A DNA stretch of 46,905 nucleotides from Chiloscyllium plagiosum (lineage: Eukaryota). Of this stretch, positions 12,237 through 24,083 are shown one piece after another; within the stretch, counting starts at the first letter, position 1; the number at the start of each line of letters is the position of its first letter. The notes under the pieces were generated by a model that searched no databases, was not told where the DNA came from, and saw only the letters and a program-made list of their open reading frames with translations. The stretch spans positions 1,437,787 through 1,484,691 of the forward strand of contig NC_057757.1 of the NCBI RefSeq assembly GCF_004010195.1, written 5' to 3'. The position numbers were made by a program, and so were the translations under genes.

Positions 12237-12385
12237 GGCAAAAGTGAAGACTGCAGATGCTGGAAATCAGAGTCTAGATTAGAGTGGTGCTGGAAAAGCA
12301 CAGCAGGTCAGGCAGCATCCAAGGAGCAGGAAAATCAACGTTTCGGGCAAAAGCCCTTCATCAGGAATGAAGGCAGGGAGCCTCC
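12237..12385 (-). mobile_element. Penelope-like terminal repeat fragment inserted in the ERV leader
   Basis: Same family as 3434. Flanked by GGGGTTTGCC at 12222-12231 and 12386-12395. Confidence 0.75.
12333..12368 (-). ncRNA. Minimal hammerhead ribozyme-like motif (GUU triplet)
   Basis: Minus strand reads AUUC-CUGAUGA-A-GGGC-UUUU-GCCC-GAAAC-GUU-GAUU. Confidence 0.65.
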
Positions 12386-14321
12386 GGGGTTTGCCCTATG
12401 CCTAACAAGGGTGGTATTATTAAATGTACTCACCCAATTAGGACCCACATTGTCGGTAGTGGACCATTGCAGTACTTGCTTGCAGCACTAATTGTTGGGG
12501 AGAGAAATCACAGAGGAGTTCGGTGTCCAGCAGTACAAATGACTTTTATTCAGCAATGGAGGGTTTTCTGGGACTAATTCAGAAGATGCAGCAGATTCAT
12601 CCCGAGGAAAAAGTAGCACGATACAGGGAGGATGAGACAACCCTGGCTGACTGAGGAAGTCAGAGATAGCATAAAAGCAACAGAGAAAGCTATCATGTGG
12701 CAAAGGGCAGTGGGAAACCAGAGGATTGGGAAGCTTACAAAGACCAACAGAGAACAACAAAAAAGAAATAAGGAGGGAGAAGATTAAAGATGAGGGTAAG
12801 CTAGCCAGTAAGAAGAGTTTCTTTATATATACTTGTATAAACAGGAAAAGAGAGACAAAAGTGGACTTTGGGCCGCTGGAAAATAACATTGGAGAGATAG
12901 TAGTGGGGAACAAGGAAATGGCTGAGGAACTGAATAATTTCTCTGTGTCGGTCTTCACAGTGAAAGACATGAGTAATATCCCAAACATTCAAGAGAGTGA
13001 GGGGTTAGAGCTGAGAATGGTGGCCATCACCAAGGAGAAGGTGCTAGAAAAACTGAATGGCCTGAAGGTGGAAATAATCACTTGGACCAGATGGATTACA
13101 CCCCAGAGTTCGAAGGGAGATAACTGAAGAGATAGAGAAGGCATTAGTGGTGATCTTTCAGGAATCGCTAGAATCAGGGAGGTTCCCACAGTACTGGAGA
13201 TCATGAACAAAACCCACTGTTTAAGAAGGAAATAAGGCAAAAGACAGAAAATTATAGGCCGATTAGCCTAACCTTGGTCGTGGGTAAGATCCTGGAACCC
13301 ATTGTGAAGGATGAGATTTCTGAATACATGTAAAATAGGGCAAAGTCAACATGGTTTCATCAAGGGGAGGTCATGCCTGACAAATCTGCTAGAATCCTTT
13401 GAGGAAGCAATGAGCAGGTTAGATCAAGGAGAGCCAATGGATGTTATCTATCTGGACTTCAAGAGGGCGTTTGACAACGTGCTGCACAGGAGGCCACTAA
13501 GTAAGATAATGGCCCCTTGGTGTTATAGGCAAGGTGCTAGCATGGATAGAAGCTTGGCTGTCTGACAGAAAGCACAGAGTGAGGAAAAAAGAAACCTGCT
13601 CAGGATGGCAGCTGGTGAGAAGTGGTGTTCCGCAAGGCTCAGTGTTGGGACCACAACTTTTCACTTTATACATTATAACAATCTTGATGAAGGAACTGAG
13701 GGCATTCTGGCTAAATTTATAAATGATACAAAGATAGAGGGACAGGTAGCATTGAGGAAGCAGGGAGGCTCCAGAAGGATTTGGACATGTTGGGAGAGTG
13801 GGCAAAGAAGATGCAAATGGAGTACAAACTGTGAGGTCAAGCACTTTGGTAAGAAGAATAGAGGAATGCACTATTTTCTAAATGGGGAGAAAATTCAGAA
13901 GTCTGAAGTGCAAAGAGACTTGGGGAGTTCTAGTCCAGGATTCTCTCAAGGTGAACTTGCAGGTTGAGTCAGTAGTTAGGAAGGCAAATGCAATGATGGC
14001 ATTTATTTTGAGAGGGTTTGAATATAAAAGCAGAGATGTAGTTCTGAGGCTCTATAAGGCTCTGGTCAGACCACATTTGGAGTATTATGTGCAGATTTGG
14101 GCCCCATGTCTTAGGAAGGATGTACTGGCCCTGGAGCACGTTCAGAGGAGGTTTACAAGAATTGTCCCAGGAATGAACAGATTAACATATGAGGAACATT
14201 TCAGGACTCTGGGTCTATACTCTTTGGAGTTTAGAAGGATGAGGGGATCTAATTAAAACATACAGAACACTGAATGGCCTGGACAGAGTAGATGTTGGGA
14301 AGATGCTTCCATTGGTAGAAG

Positions 14322-14653
14322 CACACAGGGGGCTAACACCTTTAACACATTATCTGGGCTGACACCAATTGTTAACGTTAACCTGGAATGTAACTTTTAA
14401 AAAAAGGTTTTGCGATTTACATATGAAAGTAATGAAACTAACATGGTCATTCTAACAGATGAGAGACTTAACAAATAATCAAGGTATTTTTCAATGTATA
14501 ATTTCAGTTACATCACACTGTAAACTTTTCCTATAAATTCTGTGTCTTACAATTGTGTACTCCACAACCACCTGATGAAGGAGCAGCGCTCCGAAAGCCA
14601 GTGCTTCCAATTAAACCTGCTGGACTATAACCTGGTGTTGTGTAATTTTTAAA
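14322..14653 (+). mobile_element. Second family of hammerhead-bearing (Penelope-like) terminal fragment inserted in the CR1
   Basis: 11-bp TSD ATTGGTAGAAG at 14311-14321 and 14654-14664. The CR1 resumes afterwards. Hammerhead motif at 14569-14603. Confidence 0.75.
14569..14603 (+). ncRNA. Minimal hammerhead-like motif, probably inactive (CCA instead of an NUH triplet)
   Basis: CAC-CUGAUGA-A-GGAGC-AGC-GCUCC-GAAA-GCCA-GUG. Confidence 0.6.
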
Positions 14654-16309
14654 ATTGGTAGAAGAGACTAGGGTCTGAGGGCACTGCCTTAGAGTAAAGG
14701 GAAGACCTTTTAGAACGGAGATAAGGAGAAACATCTTCAGCCAGAGAGTGGGGAATCAATGGGATTCACTGCCACAGAAGGCTGTGGAGGCCATTTCATT
14801 GACTATATTTAAGACTGAGATAAATAAGCTCTTGAGTATAAAGGGGATCAAGGGGTACAGGGAGAAAGCAGGAGAAAGTATCTGAAAAACATATCAGTCA
14901 TGATTGAACGGCAGAGCAGAGTTGATGGGCTAAATGGCCTAATTTATGTTCCTATGTCTTATGGTCTTATTTAGAGCTTTTTTAACACACATGTGGAAGC
15001 TTTTATGTGCTTAGCATGGCTCAGATTGGAGGTCAGTGACACTCTACCTTTCCCCATAAAGTATAGGATAATTATACATATCATGTTACAATGGTTACAT
15101 ACAACATTGACATCAGTGCTTGCCATATCCTGTCTGACCTAGATATCCAATCCTGTGAAAGCACGATCAATGGTGGACAATGATCTCATGATAGTTACCA
15201 GACATTGTTATCATCAGGCCTTGGGATCTTACAACATACCCCATGAATTTACATTCCAATGTTAATGGTTATACTCTTTCAGAGATATTTGCCAGAAATG
15301 CTTATCTCTAAGGACTGTTCAAAATCTGTTATTCATTGTATTCATTGTTTTCATTATCAAATTTTGTTACTCAACTTGTATTTTCAACTGTCCTAATCAT
15401 AGAAGATACAAAAAGATGTTTATTCCTACTAATTGCTATCAAATTCATATAACAGTTCGAGTATAAAGTTACTTATATATAACATTATATGGTTATAGCT
15501 AATGTCAGAGTTTTTTAGCCATTGAGTTATCAGCAGCTTCTGTCCCACCTGAACTTGCAATGTTGAACACTTGCCCTCCATCTTGTAGCTGCGATTATAA
15601 AGCTTTCTATTCACATGCTGTCTGTAAGTGTGTTTTAAACAGCAGAATGCTTCTAAGATGACATTTACTGTCTGTATTCTAAACATGTCCACAGTAACTA
15701 GTTCACTGAATAAGCCAACACCTATTTAAATTCCAGTAATAAGACTGAAGCTCAATCACTTTCCCAGCTCAAGAATCTTATCTGAATTTCTAAGGTTTTA
15801 CATGATATCTCTGAACTTCCCGCTTTGATCCTTAGGTTGGGAAGCTGCCATTGTTTATTTTCTCAAATTCAAGCTGGTGCACTTTCGAGGTCATCTGCTT
15901 ACCCATTTGTCATTCAGTTCCTCCGTGCCAATGGGATGGGGGCTCCTCTCCACCATCGATAGCCATTTGTATTAAAGGAATTCAAATAAATCTCTTCATG
16001 TTATGTGGAGATTGCACTTCTGAATTTCTCAATACTCAATTACCTAAAGAGTCTCCATTATTGTGGCACCATACTTTTGTTTTAATTCTAGCTGAACAAC
16101 AAACTTTGGGCTGTCTGTTCCCAAACACCTGTGATTAGACTGCCTCTTAGAGATTCCTGCTGCTGTGAGATTGTACAGAACGTGCTGTATTTTAATTTGT
16201 AAGATTCTTTGTTCTATCTGTTACCTTGGGTTTATCTTCTTCTCAAAATCACTATTGTCCGAACTTATGATCTCACTTTAATTTTGAACTCAGCAAGCTA
16301 ATTCAGTTA

Positions 16310-16443
16310 AAAACGAAAAGAACTGCCAATGCAGTAAGTCAGAAACAAGAACAGAAGTTTTTGAAAATGCTTAGAAAGTCTGGCAGCATCTATGAAGAGA
16401 AGTCAGAGTTAATGTTTTGGGTCTGGTGATCCTTCCTCAGAAC
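16310..16443 (-). mobile_element. Third family of hammerhead-bearing terminal fragment, degenerate
   Basis: Minus strand 16443-16408 reads GUU-CUGAGGA-A-GGAUC-ACCA-GACCC-AAAAC-AUU-AAC. A related copy lies at ~19597-19725. Confidence 0.55.
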
Positions 16444-16595
16444 CCTCTCTCATTCCAGAAACAAAACAGCTACCAATAGGGCAGAAAGAGTTATGATATC
16501 CCTGATATTCAGCACCACACCCTTTATGAGGAATGAACACTGATTTTGACCATCCCAAGTGGCTAGCTGACTGTGTATAAGCCACTGGACTGGTT

Positions 16596-17355
16596 ATAGA
16601 GTCTGACAGCATAGAAACAGGCCCTTTGGCATACCATGGCATGGAAACCAATAAACAGCAAACCAAACTAATCCGTGCATTAGGACCATTGCCTACTATG
16701 CCCTGGCAGTTTAAGAGGTTATCCAGATGTCCAGATCTTCTTAAATGTTGTGAGAGTACCATCCTCTCAGGCAACATGTGCCATATTTCTACCATCCTCT
16801 GGGTGAAAATGTTTTCATCGATCTCCTCTAAACCATCAAGTCTTCACTTTAACTTTATGTCCTCTCAGCTTAAACATGTCTGCCATGGGGAAAAAATTCT
16901 CATGATCTACATACCTATACCTCTCAAAATTTTGCATACCTCAATTAGATCCTCCCCACTTACCATCCTTTGCTCCAGTGAAACAAATCCAGCCTATCCA
17001 GTCTCTCCTCGTAACAGAGAGCTTTCATCTCAGGCAACATCCTGGTGAAACTCTGCTGCACCCTCTCCAGTGAGATCACGTCCTTCTGATGAAGTAGTGA
17101 CCAGAAGGGCACACAATATTCCATCTGTGGCCTAATCAATGTTTATAAAGCTGTAATAAGATTTCCTTGCTCCTACGTTCTGCGTCCGGACTAGCTTCTT
17201 GTATGTCTTCTTCACTACCCTGTCTACTCATGCTGACACCCTCAGAGATTTGCGGATTTGTACACCAAGATCCCTTTGTTCCTCAGTATTCCCGAGGGAC
17301 CTATCATTCATTATGTATATCCTTCCCTTAATTAGGCCTCCCAAAATGCATTGCC
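16596..17355 (-). mobile_element. Old CR1 LINE 3' fragment
   Basis: Minus-strand similarity to the CR1 ORF2 C-terminus and 3' UTR (VEIW..LPE.., gaaacaggccctt tail). Confidence 0.7.
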
Positions 17356-17799
17356 TATATTGCATTCTATCTCCACATGTCCAAAGTGACTAGGCATCAA
17401 ATGTTTCCATCTCTCTCTCTCTGTGTACTGAGTAGCACAAACTATCACTATTCTTGCAGTGACTAAGTAATTAAAGACAAACTGGCTGGGGAAGGGGGAG
17501 AATATTGATCAGGGGCTTTAAACTAAATAAGATCTGCTGTCCCATATGCTTCAGTTTTACATGGGGCAACATTGAACACCAGCTAAACCACCAGCCAACC
17601 TCTCCTTAATCAGATTTAATACTCAGAATAGCCATTTGTTCTGAATACATGAAACTTGATGTGAAAACAATGATATAAATCAGAGGAGAAAGGGGAGAGT
17701 CTTTATTGATATACCTTCAGAAAAACACAGAATGCTCCAAATACAGTGGAAGACTGTGTGCTTTCTATCCCTTTGGAAGATCCTAATGTACAAAGATCT

Positions 17800-18440
17800 G
17801 GAGTAGGCTATTTGGCCCTTCGAGCCTGTTCCGCCATTTAATAAGATCATGTGTGATTTGATTGCCCATTTGAGTCTACTTTCCCATTTTCGCTCATAAT
17901 CTTTAACCTTATCAGAAACCTATCAGCCATGATTGAATGGCCGAGCATACTCGATGGGCCGAATAACCTAATTTCTGCTTCTATGTCTTATGGTCTACTG
18001 CCTTCCTCAACAAAGATTTATTCATTTCTACCCTAAATATATTCATGACTCTGCTTCCACCACTTTTTCAAGAGGAGAATTCCTGAGATTCACAGTCCTC
18101 TGAGGAAAGTATTTTACCTAATCTGTTTTAATGGACAATCTCTGATTTTTAAATAGTAGACTCCCAATTCTTGATTCTCCAAGAAAAGGAAATTTTGTCT
18201 CTACAATTACCTGTTCAGACCCCCTACATGTTTCAATCAAGTTGCCTCTGACTCTTCTATTCAAGTGGATAAAAACTTAGACTTTTCAACATCTCCTTAA
18301 AGACAACCCCTTTCCATTCCAGATATTAGTCTGGTAAACCTTCTCTGAACTGGTCCCTATACATTTTGATTCTTCTTTAAATAAGTTAATCAGCACTGTA
18401 CATAGTGTTTCAGATGGGGTCTCACCAGTGCCCAGTATAA
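17800..18440 (-). mobile_element. Old CR1 LINE 3' fragment with a short plus-strand CR1 tail nested at ~17915-17995
   Basis: ggagtaggctatttggcccttcgagcctg...agatcatg 3' end motif. The nested tail matches 14890-14970. Confidence 0.65.
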
Positions 18441-18574
18441 TTGATTGGTATTGGACATTTCTCTTAACTTACTCTGCCAGGAACCACTGAACTTAGGCTT
18501 GACTTGACTGAGGGCTGTTGACAACCATAACAAGCTTCCTTGCTAAACACTATAGCAGTACAGATGTAATATTA

Positions 18575-18781
18575 GCTGAAAAATGTGTTGCTGGAAAACC
18601 GCAGCAGGTCAGGCAGCATCCAAGGAGCAGGAGAATCGACGTTTCGGGTATAAGCCCTTTTTCAGGCTTATGCCCGAAACATTGATTCTCCTGCTCCTTG
18701 GATGCTGCCTGACCTGCTGCACTTTTCCAGCAACACATTTTTCAGCTCTGATCTCCAGCATCTGCATTCCTCACTTTCTCC
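18575..18781. mobile_element. Second fold-back insertion of the Penelope-like terminal repeat (83-bp arms, ~5 mismatches) with 14-bp TSD
   Basis: Arms at 18574-18656 and 18665-18747. CAGATGTAATATTA at 18561-18574 and 18782-18795. Empty site at ~21515-21535. Confidence 0.85.
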
Positions 18782-19774
18782 CAGATGTAATATTAAGCTA
18801 GTCTCTCATGCTGTGGGTGCAAGGTGCCAATAGGCAAGTCAATACAAGGCAGGGGATGCTTTGAGCACCGAGGTAGTAAGTGCTAAGACAGCAAGCGTAC
18901 AAACTGGAGATGTGGCCTCGTGCAGTCCTAGTTTGTGATCTCACAGGGTCCTTGTTACAGTGCTACAATGATCGTTGCCCTTGCACCCCAAGTTGTCATT
19001 TTAAAGACACATACTTTAGGTAATTCAGAGACGTAGAGTGAGGATTCTTAAGAGGCTGACACATATCAGATGCTATTGTCCATGGACTTGGGGTGTATGT
19101 GGCTGGTGTCCACGGAGTATGCCCTGAGATGTTAGTGTCTGATGTCTAACATAGAGGTCCTTCAGAGCAATCAATAAACTGAAGTCACCTGGTACCCTCT
19201 CTGACTTCCGTGTCGAGAATTCACAGCATCCACCTTCTTCCCTGCCAGCAGTGAGATTGAAAGCTGCATATTAATGAGGTGCTCTGCCATACAGAAGGTC
19301 ATTACCAAGCAATAATCCCTCTTTAATTGGCAACTCGCCACTCCTTGAGTCACAATGTCATATTGACACCCTGAAATTATTGTAAAAGTGCAGTGAATTG
19401 TTCCTGACATCAATCTAAGCCTCACTGAGTTACCACATGATTCTGCCACATTTCACATCATAAGCTCAAGTCATTCAGGCCTCTATAGGATTCTGCCTGA
19501 AAAAATATGTATTTGAAAAGAAAAACAAAATGGATTATGGAGACTAAACCAGTGAGTGGAACTGGGTGGATAGCTCCTTCAAAGAGCCACTCAAATAAAA
19601 CAAAGAACTGCTGATGTGGGAAATCTGAAACCGAAACAGAAATTGCTGGAGAAACTCAGCAACTCTGGCAGCATTTGTGGGAAGCAAACAGAGTTAATAT
19701 TTTGAATCTGGTAACTCCTCATTCTGGCTGACTATATTCCTCATTATAAAATGTTTTGTCTTTTATTCAACCAG

Positions 19775-19876
19775 TTAATCCGTGTAAACATGAAGGTTCC
19801 TGGGATGGTGTTGAATGTACCTGCCAAATACCATATGAAGGACAGTACTGTGAATTTTTAGCTAATTCTGTTCCTG
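19775..19876 (+). CDS. Mucin EGF-like exon: VNPCKHEGSWDGVECTCQIPYEGQYCEFLANSVP
   Basis: Polypyrimidine tract plus ccAG, GTaagt donor, 102 nt, phase 1-1. The C-x3-G-x-W-x-G-x2-C-x-C-x8-C pattern matches the first EGF-like module of MUC3-family mucins. Confidence 0.9.
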
Positions 19877-20020
19877 GTAAGTTGTATTTGTTTTATAATT
19901 TATATGATTATTAGTTTACAGAGCAGTAAAGACTGACATCAAATTATTTTTAAAATTAAACAATATGGCAGCACTACTACTCACGAATAACATGAAATCT
20001 GATGACCCACTTTCAATAAA

Positions 20021-20320
20021 GGAAATATTACACTTCAATATCAACATGGTAAGTGCTACATCTCAATATTCACATCGAGAACATTCTACTCCAATATAAC
20101 AGACACTACTATGCTTCAGTATCAGCAATAATTTGCCTTAATCTTAACAAAGAGAACATTGCGCTCCAATATTAATGCAAGTAATGTTACAGTCCAATAC
20201 TAACATCAGTAATATTCTTCTCTGTTTAAATATTAGAGAATATTACACCCATTATAAAGACAGGAAACATTACACCACAATCTTACACAGTGAACATTGC
20301 ACTCCAATATTAACATGGGT
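20021..20320. repeat. Degenerate AT-rich minisatellite, ~29-30 bp unit (gagaacattacactccaatattaaca-like)
   Basis: About nine recognisable diverged units. Confidence 0.65.
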
Positions 20321-22414
20321 GCACAGGCAGTGGGGAGTCAGAAAGTAAGGTACTTGCTGCCGTATTCCTAGCATTTAACCTGCTCGTGTAGCCACTGTAT
20401 TTATATGGTGAGTCCAGCTAAATTCCTGGTTAATGGTCACTCACAGGATGTTGATAGTGGGGGATTCAGTGATGGTAACACTGTTCAATGTCAAGGGACC
20501 ATGGCTAGATTGTTTTTATTGGAGATGGTCATTGCCAGGCATTTATGTGGCACAAATGCAATTGTCACTTTTCAGACCAAGCCTGGACATTGTTGTATTT
20601 GAGCTGAACTCCTTCAGGAGTAGTGTTGAATGAGCAAAGATCCTTGCTTCTGACCTTATGATGGAGGGAAGGCAATAAAATTATGACTGCTCTCATCATG
20701 ACCTCAACTACCCTTTCCTGCCTGTTCCCCCAACCTCTGACTGCCTCATCTGTAGGATTATATATTGCAGAGGACATTCTAGGCTGGGTCATTAAATATA
20801 ATCAAGGCTGAGACAGATTAGATCAGCCATAATCTCATTTAATTAGAGAGAGAACTTAATTGGCTGAATGGCCTGTTTCCTTTTCCGAACTCTTATAGTC
20901 TTATGGTTTTCATAAATCAAAATCTGTTTGCTTGTTTCTACATTTCCCTAAATAAGACATTGAGGCTTATTTTTTCTTTAGGAGACATCAATTGGGATGG
21001 AACCTGAGTTGCCTTTCCATCTCCCACCCCTGTGCTTTATTTGGCCTGACGTTGGTGATATCCCCGACTAATCCTCTACTTCCTATTCTAATCCATCCCC
21101 ACCCCAACAACTTATTCACTTCATATAATATGAATTCACAAGTCTATCATAATACTTGAACATCTAAGAGCACACAATCCCCCACATAAACAATTTGATC
21201 TCATAATTGCTCACCTCAACAGACGCCTAAACTGAAACAATGAAAGCTGTTGAAGGTACTTAAAAAATGACTGTTGGGAATGGAAATGAATTATGCAGTG
21301 GGTGACTTGCTTGTAGCGGTCTAATTTAGAAACAGTAATCATGCTACATAAACCTTGACTTATTGACTGTTTATTCGTAAGCTCACGGGGAGAGACAAGT
21401 CCACTGAATAGTCACAAGTCACTCCAATTGAACAAATGCTTGACTTGACTGAGGACTGTTGACAACAATGACAAGCTTCCTAACTGTGTGTCCATGCTAA
21501 ACAACATGGCAATACAGATGTAATATTCGGCTAGTCTCTCATGCTGAGGGTGCAAGGTGCCAATAGGCAAGTCAATACAAGGCAGCGGATGCTTTGACCA
21601 CCGAGGTAGTGAGTGTCAAGACAGCAAGCGTACAAACCGGGGATGCGGCCTTGTGCAGTCCTAGTTTGTGATCTCACAGGGTCCTTGTTACAGTGCTGCA
21701 ATGATCATGTGATTATATAGGTTACAATCGTTTAACAATGAGCTAATTGTTAATTGCAGGATCATGAGGAAGCTAGACACATTGCCCAGTCACTAGCTTC
21801 AGTCCCGTAATGTCTGGACAGTGTTGGTTAGTAGCTGATAAGCAGGGTTAGTATATAATTGGTGCTTGCAAAGAGAAGAATAGTCCCATGCAAGGAAATA
21901 ATTCGTTTATCAGGTATCAGTATAGCTGTGAGGCCAACCATCTTTGCCGAGCATGGGAAACACACGCTTTAGCAAGCAGGCATCAAGATGAGATTCAAAA
22001 TGGTTTCCAGGCTTTTAATATGTGACAAAATGGCTGACCCAAATCTAACAATTCTCCCACAATTACGTATCTTTTAAAACTTTTCCCAACTCCATGCAGC
22101 TAGTGTAAAACCTCACTGCTGCTATACCCTGTTCATCTTGCATAAAATCAGCAAACCTTCCAGAGACAGGCCTTTAATGAATCTGCCTCAATATGAAATA
22201 TCTTGTTTATAAAAATAGGACACTTTGGAACTCACATCTTTACCTGCTTTCAGAAAACAGACAGACAGCATAAATGTTGATGGGATATCCATCCACATTG
22301 TTTGGAGGCCATTTTTGTACTCTCCTGCTTTCGTTAAACTTGGGTCCTAAGTTGGGTACAGCTTATTGTTACAAATGTAAATAAGGTACTAACACATGTT
22401 GCAATGTATTACAG

Positions 22415-22533
22415 GAAATGTGACTTATGCCATCAGAGTGACAGTAAAAATAGAGAACAGGAATTACTCCATTGAACTGGCAAACAGATCATCTGAAACG
22501 TTCATGAACTTTTCAAAGGAGTTTAAGGAACAG
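22415..22533 (+). CDS. Mucin SEA domain exon a: GNVTYAIRVTVKIENRNYSIELANRSSETFMNFSKEFKEQ
   Basis: tactaac branch point, tacAG acceptor, GTtgga donor, phase 1-0. Matches the SEA N-terminal pattern (Y..EL.N.SS..F..F...F..Q). Confidence 0.9.
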
Positions 22534-23454
22534 GTTGGAAACTTTCAATATAGTTGTATTGAAGGGCAATTATTAGAAATTGTTTTGAAAATATTATACA
22601 TGTTATGAAAAAGGAGGGCATCTTGGTGAAGTCAAAATAGGATTGTTTTTCTCCTCTTCTGTCTGATACAATGGGGTGTGTTTGATTTGCTACTTTTTCC
22701 TGCTTACTTTATCCCTTTACTGAGATAGGCCAAAGGATGTGTATCTTTTAGAAATAATCAGTGGCTACAGGGACCATAATGAGGCACCTGTATGATGATG
22801 CTGTCCCTTTAGCAAGGTTATTTTGCCTTTGGCTTTTTCGAGAGAGATCGTAAAGGCAGAGGTTCTGATATGTCTGGAAATATCTACCTTATATATACAG
22901 TTAAAAGTCGATCTCATGTAAAAGACAACCCTTTATTTTTGACAAAACAATCTTGTATTTTCCATATATCTCATGTAAAAGTCGACTTTACTATATCACA
23001 TTATAAACCTCTTATGATGGAAACTGCATGTTCCACTTAAACAAAATCGCATTCATTCACTCATACCAGTAACTCTACTCATTGGTCTTTGTTTACTATA
23101 TTGCGTCTCTATTCATTTATTCATTCCTAACTCTACTTAGCCCACTTGGTTTACTACAGCATGTTTTGATTCATTCATTCATTCAGACCAGTACGAAGTC
23201 TATCGGTACTTATCGCACTTTGTTCACTGTACATCCAAACATTAATATCGTTAAACGTTAATCATTTTAATTGTGCCATTATATCTGAACAAAAATGAGA
23301 TATATTAGCTACATATATCTTTGATAAATTTGAAAATGTTGTGAGGTTCATAGGATAGATGTGATCTATATGAACTTTGATAAGGTATTTGACAAGGTTT
23401 CCTGTGGGAGACTGGTTAGCAAGGTACGATCTCATGGAATACATGGAGAACTAT

Positions 23455-23695
23455 GGGCGGCACAGTGGTTAGCACTGCTGCCTCACAGCGCCAGAGACCC
23501 GGGTTCAATTCCCACCTCAGGCGACTGACTTTGTGGAGTTTGCACATTCTCCCCGTGTCTGCGTGGGTTTCCTCTGGGTGCTCCGGTTTCCTCCCACAGT
23601 CCAAAAATGTGCAGGTTAGGTGAATTGGCCATGCTAAATTGCCCGTAGTGTTAGGTGAAGGGGTAAATGTAGGGGAATGGGTCTGGGTGGGTTGC
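23455..23695 (+). mobile_element. tRNA-derived V-domain SINE (HE1-like), truncated by the gap
   Basis: A box-like cagtggttag, B box gggttcaattcc, V domain gtggagtttgcacattctccccgtgtctgcgtgggtttcc. Confidence 0.88.
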
Positions 23696-24083
23696 NNNNN
23701 NNNNNNNNNNNNNNNNNNNNNNNNNNNNNNNNNNNNNNNNNNNNNNNNNNNNNNNNNNNNNNNNNNNNNNNNNNNNNNNNNNNNNNNNNNNNNNNNNNNN
23801 NNNNNNNNNNNNNNNNNNNNNNNNNNNNNNNNNNNNNNNNNNNNNNNNNNNNNNNNNNNNNNNNNNNNNNNNNNNNNNNNNNNNNNNNNNNNNNNNNNNN
23901 NNNNNNNNNNNNNNNNNNNNNNNNNNNNNNNNNNNNNNNNNNNNNNNNNNNNNNNNNNNNNNNNNNNNNNNNNNNNNNNNNNNNNNNNNNNNNNNNNNNN
24001 NNNNNNNNNNNNNNNNNNNNNNNNNNNNNNNNNNNNNNNNNNNNNNNNNNNNNNNNNNNNNNNNNNNNNNNNNNNNNNNNNNN
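23696..24083. other. Assembly gap
   Basis: Run of N. Confidence 1.

Larger units (their letters stand above)
12544..14970 (+). mobile_element. 5'-truncated CR1-clade LINE, frameshifted ORF2 (RT)
   Basis: SQHGFIKGRSCLTNL, DVIYLDFKRAFD, SGVPQGSVLGP, LYKALVRPHLEY; tatgtcttatggtcttat tail. Confidence 0.92.
8589..15952 (-). mobile_element. Degenerate, internally deleted endogenous retrovirus (class I, gamma/epsilon-like) with nested insertions
   Basis: LTR at 8589-8865. Second LTR split into 12493-12543 and ~15811-15952. 4-bp TSD CCAT (8585-8588, 15953-15956). Minus-strand RNase H remnant SIYRDRYAFDVVHD...LVEAAKLPEAVVIKIKTH at ~10180-10410. Env-like Trp-rich plus hydrophobic C-terminus at ~9070-9240. 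Confidence 0.7.
18497..21706 (+). repeat. ~270-bp direct repeat pair (18497-18973 including the insertion; 21438-21706) flanking the EGF1 exon
   Basis: gcttgacttgactgag...ctagtctctcatgctg...gggtccttgttacagtgct.caatgatc occurs in both copies. Confidence 0.85.

Noticed and set aside
20021..20320. ~30-bp periodic repeats resembling a CRISPR array
   Set aside because: Eukaryotic context, degenerate adjacent units without unique spacers, and no cas genes.
23455..23525. tRNA-like sequence
   Set aside because: It is the tRNA-derived head of a SINE and continues into the V domain.
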